NCBI GenBank assembly: GCA_030625815.1
Contig: DAOUQF010000007.1
Location: forward strand, 59,166 to 83,165
Origin: Eubacteriales bacterium
GTDB lineage: Bacteria > Bacillota > Clostridia > Tissierellales > GPF-1
Direction of reading: 5' to 3'
DNA: 24,000 nucleotides
A program made the translations under genes and the position numbers. Shown one piece after another: positions 8,426-17,312 of the stretch (the stretch's first letter is position 1; each line of letters begins with the position of its first letter). Under the pieces are notes generated by a model. The model had not been told where the DNA came from, did not search any database, and worked only from the letters and a program-made list of their open reading frames with translations.

Positions 8426-9175
8426 CTATCTTTCCAGTTTATATTTTTCCAGGTTTTTCTCAATCTGATCATGAATTTTGATGCTCAATTCCTTTTTCTC
8501 TTGGCGATCCAAATCCACCGTTGGAATTGGCGCATCAATCACAACACGCACCTTTGACTTCTCGATCAAATAACTTCCTTTTTTATGAATCCAAAAACTG
8601 CCCACCGTCGTGACCGGTACAATTTCCGCGTTCGCCTTCAGCGCCAAGTTCAATGCACCCGACTTAAAGGGAAGCATTTTCTCTGACGTCGAACGGGTTC
8701 CTTCCGGATAGATCATCACGGGATATCCGTTTCGAACAAACTCCGCCCCCTCTTGAATCGCCTTAAGGCTCTGTCGCAAATCCTTGCGATCAATTAAAAC
8801 GCAGTGATCCAGTTCCATTAAATAGGGCACAATCGGAAGCTTTCGAAGCTCTTTCTTCGCGACAAACCCAAGACCACGATCCATAAATAAAAATGGAAAA
8901 AATGGATCCGCGTGTCCCTGATGATTGCCCACCAAAACATAACGCCCGTGCTTGGGCAAATTCTCCTGTCCAATAATCTCAACCTCAATGCCGATGATTT
9001 TTATCAAGCGACGGGCAAATCGCTTCAACATGGTAATCGTTACCTGATCGGCTTCTTTCGCTTTCCCTTGTCGATTCAATCGATTTATTCTTGGCGCCCA
9101 CATGGGTCCAATCCGCATCCATATAATGCCGATAATCGCATATAAAATTGCAAGTATTTCCCGAAGTACTGCCAT
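8426..9175 (-). CDS. plsC: 1-acyl-sn-glycerol-3-phosphate acyltransferase family protein (LPLAT/AGPAT)
   Basis: It has the HX4D motif NHQGHAD, plus FVAKKEL and IYPEGTRS blocks, which are the classical acyltransferase motifs I-III. A strong RBS (AAGGAGGGGG) is present. The symbol denotes the family, and orthology to the essential PlsC is not established. Confidence 0.88.
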   Translation of the reverse strand: MAVLREILAILYAIIGIIWMRIGPMWAPRINRLNRQGKAKEADQVTITMLKRFARRLIKIIGIEVEIIGQENLPKHGRYVLVGNHQGHADPFFPFLFMDRGLGFVAKKELRKLPIVPYLMELDHCVLIDRKDLRQSLKAIQEGAEFVRNGYPVMIYPEGTRSTSEKMLPFKSGALNLALKANAEIVPVTTVGSFWIHKKGSYLIEKSKVRVVIDAPIPTVDLDRQEKKELSIKIHDQIEKNLEKYKLER

Positions 9176-9197
9176 AATCCCCCTCCTTATCTTTCCA

Positions 9198-9680
9198 TTA
9201 TAGCATAATTTTATCTGCTTTGGACCAAGAGAGGAATCGCTGAATCAGTTGATAATCCGGGGGATTCCATAGTTCCATTTCCGGCAGAGCGAAAATGGGA
9301 AATCGCTTGATTTCCAGCGACTCGTCGTCATGGACATGGGGGCTTCCCTCCCATGATTGACAGACAAAGAGACAGGCGACATTATAGACCTGATCTCCAT
9401 TGGGATATTCGTGGAACAAGGCTTCCCCCGCTTCCACCCCAATCAATTCGAGTGCTATCGCTCGAACCCCAGACTCTTCCAACAATTCTCGCTTTGCGGT
9501 ATCTTCCGGCTGTTCGCCAAATTCCATGGCACCCCCAAAGATTCCCCAACACCCATTGTCGGATCTTTTTTGCATCACAATCTCTCCGGCAGCGGGATCA
9601 TATAAGACAACCCCGGCGCCCGGCATAAAGATCGGTTTTTTTCCTACATATTTTCGGATTTCCTGGACATAATTCGCCAC
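9198..9680 (-). CDS. NUDIX hydrolase
   Basis: It has the Nudix box GGAMEFGEQPEDTAKRELLEESGV (GX5EX7REUXEEXGU). The start is a GTG at 9680, preceded by GGAGGAG 8 nt upstream. The start overlaps the 3' end of the RND gene by 37 nt. Confidence 0.88.
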   Translation of the reverse strand: MANYVQEIRKYVGKKPIFMPGAGVVLYDPAAGEIVMQKRSDNGCWGIFGGAMEFGEQPEDTAKRELLEESGVRAIALELIGVEAGEALFHEYPNGDQVYNVACLFVCQSWEGSPHVHDDESLEIKRFPIFALPEMELWNPPDYQLIQRFLSWSKADKIML

Positions 9681-12600
9681 TCTTTTCTCTCCTCCATCAA
9701 ACTGTATACAACCGGAATCACAATCAGGGTCAATACGGTTGCCACCATTAAGCCAAAAATCAAGGCGATGCTCATGGGCTGGAACAAACTGCTCCCCCCA
9801 ACCGCCAAAGGAATCAACCCAATCACCGTCGTTGTTGTCGACAAAAGGATGGGACGAATCCGTTTATTGACCGCTTCCCGACATGCCTTTTGAACGTCGT
9901 GGCCCTGCGATCGCTCGAAATTAATGAAATCAATCAAAACGATCGCATTATTTACAACAATTCCCATTAAGGATACCATACCCAACAGCGCTGTAAAAGA
10001 GAGGGGCTGCCGGAAGATCGTCAGTCCTAAAATCGAACCGACCAAGGACAGCGGTACCGTCGCCATAATAATAACTGGCTGCAGGAAAGAATTGAACTGC
10101 ACCAAAAGAATCAAGAACACCAAAGCCAAAGACAAAAATCCCAAGGGAATCAAGTCGCCAAAATAGCGATTGACGGATTCTCGTTCCCCATCATAAGAAA
10201 ATCCAATCCCGTTCCAATCCCGTTTATTCAATTCCGCTTCCAGCTGATTTTCTATGGAGATCGGATCATATCCCTTCGCCGCATTGGCATAGACAGAAAT
10301 AATCCGCTTTCCATCCTCATGGCGAATAATCGGCAATTCGCTCTTCAATTCAACATCGGCAATCTGCTTGAGCAAGATCTTGTTTCCCGTCATCTGCGAG
10401 TAGATCGCCAAGTTCTCCAAGTCGTCAAGGGTATCCATGGTGCTGACCAGACGAATATTCGACTCCCTGCCCTCTTCACGGAAAACCGATACATCCCGGC
10501 CTCTGAGGGCCAAGTTCATTTCATTTTGAATGTCATACTTGGTGATTCCCAAAGCAGCGGCGCGATCCGTATCCACATCCAGATAATACTCGTAGATTCG
10601 ATTGACCGCATTATTTCCCACCTCGATAGCTCCCGGAATACGGATCAAAATCTCCTGCACATCCTTTGCAAAACTCGCCAATTCCGACAGATCGTCGCCG
10701 ATCAATTTAACCGACACACCGTAGACCCGCGGCTCCGCCAGCTGCAATTGACGCACAAAGGCTTGTCCGCCCACCAATTCTTGATCCAGCTTCCGCTGCA
10801 ATCCATTCACCAAATCCTGTTGTTCCTTAAAGATTTTCGATTCCTCCAGAGAATAGCGGAGAACAACCTGAGAATAATCCGACGAGCGAATCGGCGGACT
10901 CAAGGTCGTGGCGAATTTCGGAAATCCGTCGCCAATCACCTGGCTGACTTTTCCCACTTCCGAAAACTCCTTCATCATGGATACAGCTTGATCCGATACA
11001 GCTTCCGTACGGGCGAGATCCCCATCAACTTCCGAATATATATCGACATACAATAGATCCGTATCCTTAAATGGAAATACACTCATGGTCAAGAACAAAG
11101 CCAGGCTGCCAATGGCAACGGATGCCGCCAAAACCGCGACCAGGGTCCGTCCCCGCTGCTTCATGGCTCGATCCAATAACCTTCCGTAAAAATCACGCAC
11201 CCGGCTCTTTCGAAACCGCCCATGGCTCGGTTTAAAGAACATGAAAGCAAATGTCGGCGTCACCAATAGAGCGATTGCGTAAGACGCCACAAGAGCCATC
11301 ATCACCACCAACGGCAATGCATGCATATATTTCCCCGCGGTATTGTTTAAGAGCAGGAACGGCGCGTAGGCCGCAATTGTAGTCATGGTAGAGGTCAGGA
11401 TCGGAATCGCAACCTCCTTCACTCCGTCCACACAGGATCGAAGGCGATCCTCCCCTGCATCAATCCGCAATTGAATGGCATCGCTCACCACGATGGCATT
11501 GTCCACCAGCATCCCCAAGGCAATAATCAGGGAGGCAATGGAAATCTCGTGGATCTTCAAACCCAATCCATCCATGCCCAAGAAGGTCATCGCAATGGAC
11601 AAGGGAATCGCCAAAGAAACAATAATTGCATTTCTAGGCCCCATCCCCACCAAGACCACCAGAATGACAAGCAGAATCCCCATGATCAGGTTGACCATAA
11701 ACTCATTCACTGCCGTTTCAACGTCATCCGGCTGATAGACGATGGTATCAAACCGCAAATCCTCCGGCAGGTCGGCTTTTAAGGCTTCAATCGTTTCATC
11801 GACTGTATCACCGATGGTGATCACATTTTTTCCCGACTCGAAATACCCCGTCAACAAAAGGGTCGGCACACCGTCATGCTTCACCTTGTAATTGGAAGAA
11901 GCCGGAACGAATTTCACCTCGGCAATATCCTTCAATCGAACGATCGCACCGCTATCCGGCGATCCGAACACAATGGTGTTGGCAATCTCGTCGAGTTCCG
12001 AGTACATGCCCGTGGCACTGACTTGAATTTTTCCGTACTCATCCTCAATCACGCCAGATGGAATCGCCAAATTTGATGCGACAATCAACTGCGACAATTG
12101 ATGATAGGAAAGGTTGTATTGATTCATCTTTTGAAAATCGACAAGAATTTGCAATTCCTCTTCCTGCTTGCCGGTAATCTTAAACCGGCTCACCCCATCA
12201 ATGGAAGTCAACGCTTCCTTCACCTGTTCCGCATAGATCTCCATTTCTTCATAGGTATAATGCGTGCTTGACAAGGAAATCAACATCCCCGCGGTGGAGA
12301 TCAGATCCGTATTCACCTCAACGGGCAGCGCAAACTCCGGCAGCTCCGCCTGCAGATCGGTCATCCGCCAACGCAACTCCGCCCAGGTTTCATCAATTCC
12401 TTCATCACTCACGCTTTCCTTCAGTTTAATCACCACAACGGAAACAGAGTTCTTCGATTGTGAAGTCACTTTATCGATTCCCTCCAACGCGCCGACCTCA
12501 TCCTCGATCCGTTTGGTGACCATCTTTTCAATATCGTCCGGACTCGCTCCCGGATACACGCAATACACCATGGCATAGGGTGCGCTGATATCCGGCGATT

Positions 12601-12712
12601 CTTGTTTCGGCAGTTCGATATAGCGAACGAATCCAAAAATCAGCAAAAAAATCACGAGGGTAATGGTGACTCGTCTTCGTTGAATGGCTCCTGCGATTAT
12701 TCCTCGTTTCAT
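9644..12712 (-). CDS. RND-family efflux transporter permease (AcrB/AcrD/AcrF superfamily)
   Basis: This is a 1022-aa ORF. It has the 12-TM, two-large-loop architecture and an N-terminus (RRRVTITLVIFLLIFGFVRYIELPKQESPDI) typical of RND pumps. The start forms an ATGA overlap with the adaptor gene stop. Confidence 0.93.
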   Translation of the reverse strand: MKRGIIAGAIQRRRVTITLVIFLLIFGFVRYIELPKQESPDISAPYAMVYCVYPGASPDDIEKMVTKRIEDEVGALEGIDKVTSQSKNSVSVVVIKLKESVSDEGIDETWAELRWRMTDLQAELPEFALPVEVNTDLISTAGMLISLSSTHYTYEEMEIYAEQVKEALTSIDGVSRFKITGKQEEELQILVDFQKMNQYNLSYHQLSQLIVASNLAIPSGVIEDEYGKIQVSATGMYSELDEIANTIVFGSPDSGAIVRLKDIAEVKFVPASSNYKVKHDGVPTLLLTGYFESGKNVITIGDTVDETIEALKADLPEDLRFDTIVYQPDDVETAVNEFMVNLIMGILLVILVVLVGMGPRNAIIVSLAIPLSIAMTFLGMDGLGLKIHEISIASLIIALGMLVDNAIVVSDAIQLRIDAGEDRLRSCVDGVKEVAIPILTSTMTTIAAYAPFLLLNNTAGKYMHALPLVVMMALVASYAIALLVTPTFAFMFFKPSHGRFRKSRVRDFYGRLLDRAMKQRGRTLVAVLAASVAIGSLALFLTMSVFPFKDTDLLYVDIYSEVDGDLARTEAVSDQAVSMMKEFSEVGKVSQVIGDGFPKFATTLSPPIRSSDYSQVVLRYSLEESKIFKEQQDLVNGLQRKLDQELVGGQAFVRQLQLAEPRVYGVSVKLIGDDLSELASFAKDVQEILIRIPGAIEVGNNAVNRIYEYYLDVDTDRAAALGITKYDIQNEMNLALRGRDVSVFREEGRESNIRLVSTMDTLDDLENLAIYSQMTGNKILLKQIADVELKSELPIIRHEDGKRIISVYANAAKGYDPISIENQLEAELNKRDWNGIGFSYDGERESVNRYFGDLIPLGFLSLALVFLILLVQFNSFLQPVIIMATVPLSLVGSILGLTIFRQPLSFTALLGMVSLMGIVVNNAIVLIDFINFERSQGHDVQKACREAVNKRIRPILLSTTTTVIGLIPLAVGGSSLFQPMSIALIFGLMVATVLTLIVIPVVYSLMEERKEWRIMSRKSENM

Positions 12713-13851
12713 TCTTCCATCTCCCGCACGGACACGGTCTGCCCTTCTTCTACATAGGCCATTCCCATGACAACGACTTGATCCCCCGGTTCAATCCCGT
12801 CCACTTCGACAAAGGTGTTCTCAATTTCCTTTCGAATAATGGCTTTTTTATGGATCTCGCCGTTTTCCACCACATAGACATAGTCGCCAGTCTCGTCATT
12901 CATAATTCCTTGAATGGGAATTTGTATTGCCTGTACGCGCTTCAAAATCAGATCCACATTCACAATGGTTCCCAGGCGAAGATCCGACTCCTCCAATTTC
13001 ACCTGCACTTCATAGGTAAGGGTCGCCGAATCCGGCACTTCCGCGATCCAATCGACGGTTCCGGAACAGACTTTCTCCCCAAAGGTACATCTCGCAAGCT
13101 GTCCAACCTGCAGATCCACCACTTCATCTTGAGTGGCAAAGAGTCGAACGCGGCTTTCTGCATCCCGCATAACAATCACGGGATATCCCGCCCCCACAAA
13201 TTCTCCGGGTTCGTTCAGGATACTCACCACATAGCCCGGCGCCGTCGCTCGAATGACACTCTCGTCGGCAATTTTACCCGCACCCGCGAAACCCGCTTGC
13301 GCCTGCTCCCAGACCTGATACGCCGCATTGCGGTCTTCGATCAGGGTATCCAATTGCAGCTTGGCTTGATCCCGTTCAAAAGCTGAAACCGCACCCGATT
13401 GATAAAGGATTTCCATCTTCTCATAGGTATCCCGCGCAAAATTCACAGCAGCGCTTGCTTTTTCAACTTGAGACCGTGCCGCCTCCCATTGAGCGCGGCT
13501 TGCATCCACCTGCAATTGCACCGTTTCCGGATCCAATGTCGCCAAAATTTGATCGGCTTCCACCCAGTCTCCTTCCGTGACTGCAATGGAATCGACCTTC
13601 CCATTGGCAGGAAAACTCAACTTCTGCAAACTCTCCGTATCTATAATGCCGATATAGCCGTAGGCACGCTCCACCAATTCCGTTTCCGCCGTAATCACTC
13701 GAACACTCACTGGAATTGTTTCTTCCAGGGGTTCCGGCTCACATCCCGACAACACAAAAATCCCTATGACCATCATCATAAGGAAAAAAATTCCGTTCCA
13801 TTTCTTTTGTCCTCTCATTTTGTCCATCCCCAATCGTAAACGCTTGTTCAT
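12709..13851 (-). CDS. RND efflux adaptor (membrane-fusion protein, HlyD family) lipoprotein
   Basis: It has the lipobox VLSGC, a coiled-coil hairpin region (QVDASRAQWEAARSQVEKA...) and beta-barrel C-terminal parts typical of MFPs. The true start is probably the ATG at 13818 (MRGQKKWNG, RBS GGGGA), because the predicted promoter would leave the 13851 ATG with almost no leader. Confidence 0.88.
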   Translation of the reverse strand: MNKRLRLGMDKMRGQKKWNGIFFLMMMVIGIFVLSGCEPEPLEETIPVSVRVITAETELVERAYGYIGIIDTESLQKLSFPANGKVDSIAVTEGDWVEADQILATLDPETVQLQVDASRAQWEAARSQVEKASAAVNFARDTYEKMEILYQSGAVSAFERDQAKLQLDTLIEDRNAAYQVWEQAQAGFAGAGKIADESVIRATAPGYVVSILNEPGEFVGAGYPVIVMRDAESRVRLFATQDEVVDLQVGQLARCTFGEKVCSGTVDWIAEVPDSATLTYEVQVKLEESDLRLGTIVNVDLILKRVQAIQIPIQGIMNDETGDYVYVVENGEIHKKAIIRKEIENTFVEVDGIEPGDQVVVMGMAYVEEGQTVSVREMEE

Positions 13852-13864
13852 TATTCACATCTTC

Positions 13865-13893
13865 AGCGTACCATGCGAACGAATCCCCGTCAA
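13865..13893 (-). promoter_or_regulatory. candidate promoter of the MFP-RND-NUDIX-acyltransferase operon
   Basis: On the minus strand, TTGACG (13893-13888) is followed by a 17-nt spacer and TACGCT (13870-13865). The -10 element is weak. The promoter abuts the upstream terminator. Confidence 0.3.
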
Positions 13894-13922
13894 TAAAAAA
13901 AGAAGCTGATGAATCAGCTTCT
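13892..13922 (-). terminator. rho-independent terminator of the HAD-fusion gene
   Basis: On the minus strand, AGAAGCTGA-ttca-TCAGCTTCT is followed by TTTTTTTATT. The stop codon lies inside the stem. Confidence 0.7.
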
Positions 13923-15146
13923 CAAGAATTCTTCGATTCGGTTCATCAGCACCTCTGGATCATCGGTTCCTTGCGACAATTTCTCAATGGGACAAAGATC
14001 ATCCCTGGTCCGATTCATAACAAAGGGAGAGACCTCTTCATAGGCGAAAGCTGAAAATTTCTCTTCTTTACATACAGCCAAAGCAGACTCGCTGATCACA
14101 AAGGTATACAAGGAACGGATTCCCGCCGATAGAGCCAGTATCGCAGCCGCTCGCCCAATCACGCGATCCGCAAGCACGGCGCCCGTCAAATCCACATCGG
14201 ACAACAGGGCTTCATACATGGGGCGAATCCCCTTCTTCCGGCTCTCGAACAACACTTCTCCATCCCGAACAAAAGCAAGGGTGCAGTTATTCTCCTTTAG
14301 ATAGGAAACCGCCAGTTCTTGATCCGCTTTCAACCCTGCATCAACGATCTCTTCCACCGCTTCAATCATGGCTGCGACAGCCGATTCCGTATGCGGCGGC
14401 ATCACCCGCGCGGCAATCTCTTTTAATCGCGGATTGGCATTTTCGACACACCAGCCATTGGTCACCGTCTGCAGCATGGCATAGTCATTCATATTATCCC
14501 CCAGGACAAAGACCTTCTCTGGGTCCATACGCAAACCTCGAATCACAAATTCCAGTGCCTCGCCCTTGGATACGCCCTTCGGCAGCAATTCCAGGGTCGT
14601 TTCATAAGACTGCACAATCTCAACCTTACTGGTCTGTTCCCGCAGGTAGGCTTCCAATTGCGGCAGCTCCTCCGTCTCGACAGAGAATAATACCTTGGCC
14701 CAAGATTCTCCCAGTTCCGACAATTGCCTTCTCGGCAAGGTATTGGTGCGATAAAGATCCGGATCTCTTCGGAAAATCTCATTCTCGCGAACCATAAAGA
14801 TCTGCCCTTTGGCAACGGCCATCACTCCGGACTGAGGGAACTCTTCCATTACGTGTCCGGCAAAACTTTCAATTTGATGCGGCAAAAACCGTTCCATAAT
14901 CATAAAATCGGAATTGAAATCATAAATCATTCCGCCATTGGAAACAATGGCCGGCACATTCATGATCAGCTCGTCCAAAAAGGGTTCAATCTCTTCCCGG
15001 ATCCGTCCCGTGGCAACGGTGAATCGTCCTCCGTTCTCAATAAAATATCGAATCGCCTCCGCGTTTTTCTCACTTACCTGATGCTCCTCGTTTAATAAGG
15101 TGCCATCAAGGTCTGAAACTATTAAATAACCTGTGAACTTTCCCAT
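13914..15146 (-). CDS. fusion protein: Cof-type HAD-IIB phosphatase (N-terminal ~270 aa) plus a DUF1893 (TM1506-like) domain (C-terminal ~135 aa)
   Basis: The N-terminal part has HAD motif I (VSDLDGTLL), a cap region, and motif IV (LGDNMNDYAML). The C-terminal part (NCTLAFVRDGEVLFESRKKGIRPMY...LADRVIGRAAAILAL...DDLCPIEKL) matches the DUF1893 pattern as I remember it. Confidence 0.82.
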   Translation of the reverse strand: MGKFTGYLIVSDLDGTLLNEEHQVSEKNAEAIRYFIENGGRFTVATGRIREEIEPFLDELIMNVPAIVSNGGMIYDFNSDFMIMERFLPHQIESFAGHVMEEFPQSGVMAVAKGQIFMVRENEIFRRDPDLYRTNTLPRRQLSELGESWAKVLFSVETEELPQLEAYLREQTSKVEIVQSYETTLELLPKGVSKGEALEFVIRGLRMDPEKVFVLGDNMNDYAMLQTVTNGWCVENANPRLKEIAARVMPPHTESAVAAMIEAVEEIVDAGLKADQELAVSYLKENNCTLAFVRDGEVLFESRKKGIRPMYEALLSDVDLTGAVLADRVIGRAAAILALSAGIRSLYTFVISESALAVCKEEKFSAFAYEEVSPFVMNRTRDDLCPIEKLSQGTDDPEVLMNRIEEFLRS

Positions 15147-15264
15147 TCATATCCTCCATTTTTATGGCATATCTTTGTCCGAATTGTAACTTTTTTATGT
15201 ATATCCAGGCTGAAAATCGATCAACCCCAGTATTCATCAGTGTTTGAAGGGCTTTTGCCTGAAT

Positions 15265-15294
15265 TTGACACCCCTTTCCAACTCCCCGTATTAT
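15265..15294 (+). promoter_or_regulatory. candidate sigma-A promoter of the MotAB-like pair
   Basis: TTGACA (15265-15270) is followed by an 18-nt spacer and TATTAT (15289-15294). It lies about 50 nt upstream of the start at 15344. Confidence 0.5.
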
Positions 15295-15343
15295 GGAGAT
15301 AGTATTTGACTTTTTAATGGAGTCATCCTAAGGAGGAAAAAAG

Positions 15344-16297
15344 ATGTTTGACTTAATTCAACAATTAAACCCTTTAGCCATAACGATTATAACATTAATC
15401 GTCGTGGTATTTCTATCGGCATTTATTTCCACGATCGTTGTGCGAAATCGCTACGCCAAAATCAGTCGGGATTTTCATAGAAATCATAAATTAACGAATC
15501 CTAATTTTTCCGAAATCGTTCTGACAAAGATTACGGAAGACTATCGAAAAGCCGCGGAATCCAACGGACCCGATGTCAATACCCAAGCCATTATCGAAAA
15601 ACACTTCAACAACGAGCATGACGCCTTGGCCCTCGGGGAACGGTTTGTCAAGCAAGCGACTTCCATTATGATCATTCTCGGTCTATTGGGTACTTTCTAT
15701 GGTTTGACTCTTTCCATCAGCGAATTGGTCAACCTCTTGAGCAATGGCGGCGGCATGGAGTTCACCAATGTAGAAGGCGTGGTTACCGGACTGATTGATT
15801 CGGTCCAAGGCATGAGCGTCGCCTTTGTCACTTCCCTCTTCGGCATTACCGGCTCTATCATCCTAACGATTCTTTCCACCTTCGCCAATATCGGCACCGT
15901 GCGGGAAACCCTATTGATCGAAATCGAATCATACTTGGACAACGTGGTCGCAAAGGACTACTCGACTCGCATGCAAGAAGAATATCAAATGCTGGCGCAA
16001 GCCGTTCAACAAGTATTCGACCGCTACGGCGATCAATTGTCCAATGACTTGATCCATTTGGCTCAAGATTCCACGATTCAATTGACGAAGACGACAACAG
16101 AGCTTCACACCTCTTCAAAAGCGTTGATGCAAGCCATCTCAATGTTTGCGGCATCCTTGGAAACATTCTCGGACAACACCCGAGACTTGACGGAATTCAA
16201 CCACCACTTGAAGACCAATATCGAACGGATGAATGTAAGTTTTGCAGATTTTACAGATACGCTGAAAGATACAACAGACAACGTCCAGAGTGCGTAA
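15344..16297 (+). CDS. MotA/TolQ/ExbB-family proton-channel-like membrane protein with a C-terminal helical tail
   Basis: This is a 317-aa ORF. It has an N-terminal TM helix (residues ~9-33), then a TM pair carrying ILGLLGTFYGL and AFVTSLFGITGSIIL, which resemble the GLxGTVxGI and AxxTTxxGLxxAIP cores of ExbB/TolQ/MotA. A ~130-aa polar helical C-terminus follows. The RBS is AAGGAGGA. Confidence 0.8.
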   Translation: MFDLIQQLNPLAITIITLIVVVFLSAFISTIVVRNRYAKISRDFHRNHKLTNPNFSEIVLTKITEDYRKAAESNGPDVNTQAIIEKHFNNEHDALALGERFVKQATSIMIILGLLGTFYGLTLSISELVNLLSNGGGMEFTNVEGVVTGLIDSVQGMSVAFVTSLFGITGSIILTILSTFANIGTVRETLLIEIESYLDNVVAKDYSTRMQEEYQMLAQAVQQVFDRYGDQLSNDLIHLAQDSTIQLTKTTTELHTSSKALMQAISMFAASLETFSDNTRDLTEFNHHLKTNIERMNVSFADFTDTLKDTTDNVQSA

Positions 16298-16310
16298 GGA
16301 GTGATCAGCG

Positions 16311-17258
16311 ATGAAAATGCGACGCAGAAATTTTAAAGAAATAGAAGAGGCACCGAATTTTTGGCCCTCGTTTACAGATATGATCTCCACAATCGCCTTG
16401 ATTCTTTTTTTCCTGATGCTTCTGTCTTATGTTCAAAATATCATTACCGGAACCAATCTGAAAACAAAAGAAGAACAATTACAGCTTGCCAATGCGGATA
16501 TCCAAGAGACCAAGAAAGAATTGATGATCCTGGAAGATCAATTGGACGAGCTCAATGCAGAGATCGACGAGGGACAAAGAATCCTGCAACTTTCCTTGAT
16601 TCAGATGTCCGAGCAGCAGAAGATTATCGGCAACTCCAATCGAGAATTAGCAGAGCTTAGAATCAAGCTTGATCAATTGGCAGCCCTTCGATTCGAAGTT
16701 CTGGAAGCCGTCAAGCAATCCATTGAGGAGGAATTGGGCGGATTCACAGCCAACGGCGAATCGGTTGTCACCATCGGAGAGAATGGAAACATCATTCTCA
16801 ACAGCAGCGTCTTGTTTGCTCCAAGCTCCACAGTAATTACAGAAGACGGCCAAGCGCTTATTGGAAAATTGGCGGACGCCTTCGAGAATATCCTGGATGA
16901 TGAATCCATTCGACAATTTATCGATGTGATTGAGATTCAAGGCCATACGGACAAGCGCCCGGGCATGAGTCCAAACCGAGAATTGTCCACTGACCGCGCG
17001 ACAGCTGTTACGAATTATATGGCTTCTGTCAATCCAAGTCTGGAAACCAAGTACGGCGAATATATCGCAGCATCCGGATACTCGGAATACCGACCGATCG
17101 ATCCAGGCACAACGGAAGAAGCCTGGGCGAAGAATCGACGCATCGAGATTGCCATCGGTTTGAAGGATCCAAACCTTCAAAATTTGATCAACGAATACCT
17201 CAATGGAACCGATCAATTGATGGGCATTGCCTCAGCACCATCGGATGATTCCAACTAA
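16311..17258 (+). CDS. MotB/OmpA-family protein: TM with a conserved Asp, a long coiled coil, and an OmpA-like peptidoglycan-binding domain
   Basis: This is a 315-aa ORF. FWPSFTDMISTIALILFFLMLL parallels the MotB plug/TM segment with its protonatable Asp. Residues ~50-140 are heptad-rich (EEQLQLANADIQETKKELMILEDQLDELNAEIDEGQRIL...). The C-terminus has IEIQGHTDKRP, NRELSTDRATAV and NRRIEIAI, which are the OmpA_C signature. Confidence 0.85.
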   Translation: MKMRRRNFKEIEEAPNFWPSFTDMISTIALILFFLMLLSYVQNIITGTNLKTKEEQLQLANADIQETKKELMILEDQLDELNAEIDEGQRILQLSLIQMSEQQKIIGNSNRELAELRIKLDQLAALRFEVLEAVKQSIEEELGGFTANGESVVTIGENGNIILNSSVLFAPSSTVITEDGQALIGKLADAFENILDDESIRQFIDVIEIQGHTDKRPGMSPNRELSTDRATAVTNYMASVNPSLETKYGEYIAASGYSEYRPIDPGTTEEAWAKNRRIEIAIGLKDPNLQNLINEYLNGTDQLMGIASAPSDDSN

Positions 17259-17266
17259 ATGAAGTC

Positions 17267-17308
17267 AAAAAAAGAAGGTTCCCGTTAACAAACGGAAACC
17301 TTCTTTTT
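17267..17308. terminator. bidirectional terminator between the convergent MotB-like and MATE genes
   Basis: GAAGGTTCCCGTT-aaca-AACGGAAACCTTC forms 12 bp with 1 mismatch. It is flanked by AAAAAAA (17267-17273) and TTTTT (17304-17308). Confidence 0.8.
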
Positions 17309-17312
17309 CATT

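Noticed and set aside
10319-11056. 245-aa + strand ORF inside the RND gene
   Set aside because: It is antisense to a continuous 1022-aa RND reading frame and has no independent signals.
16647-17216. 189-aa minus-strand ORF inside the MotB-like gene
   Set aside because: It is antisense to the OmpA-domain coding region, which carries clear family motifs. It has no RBS.
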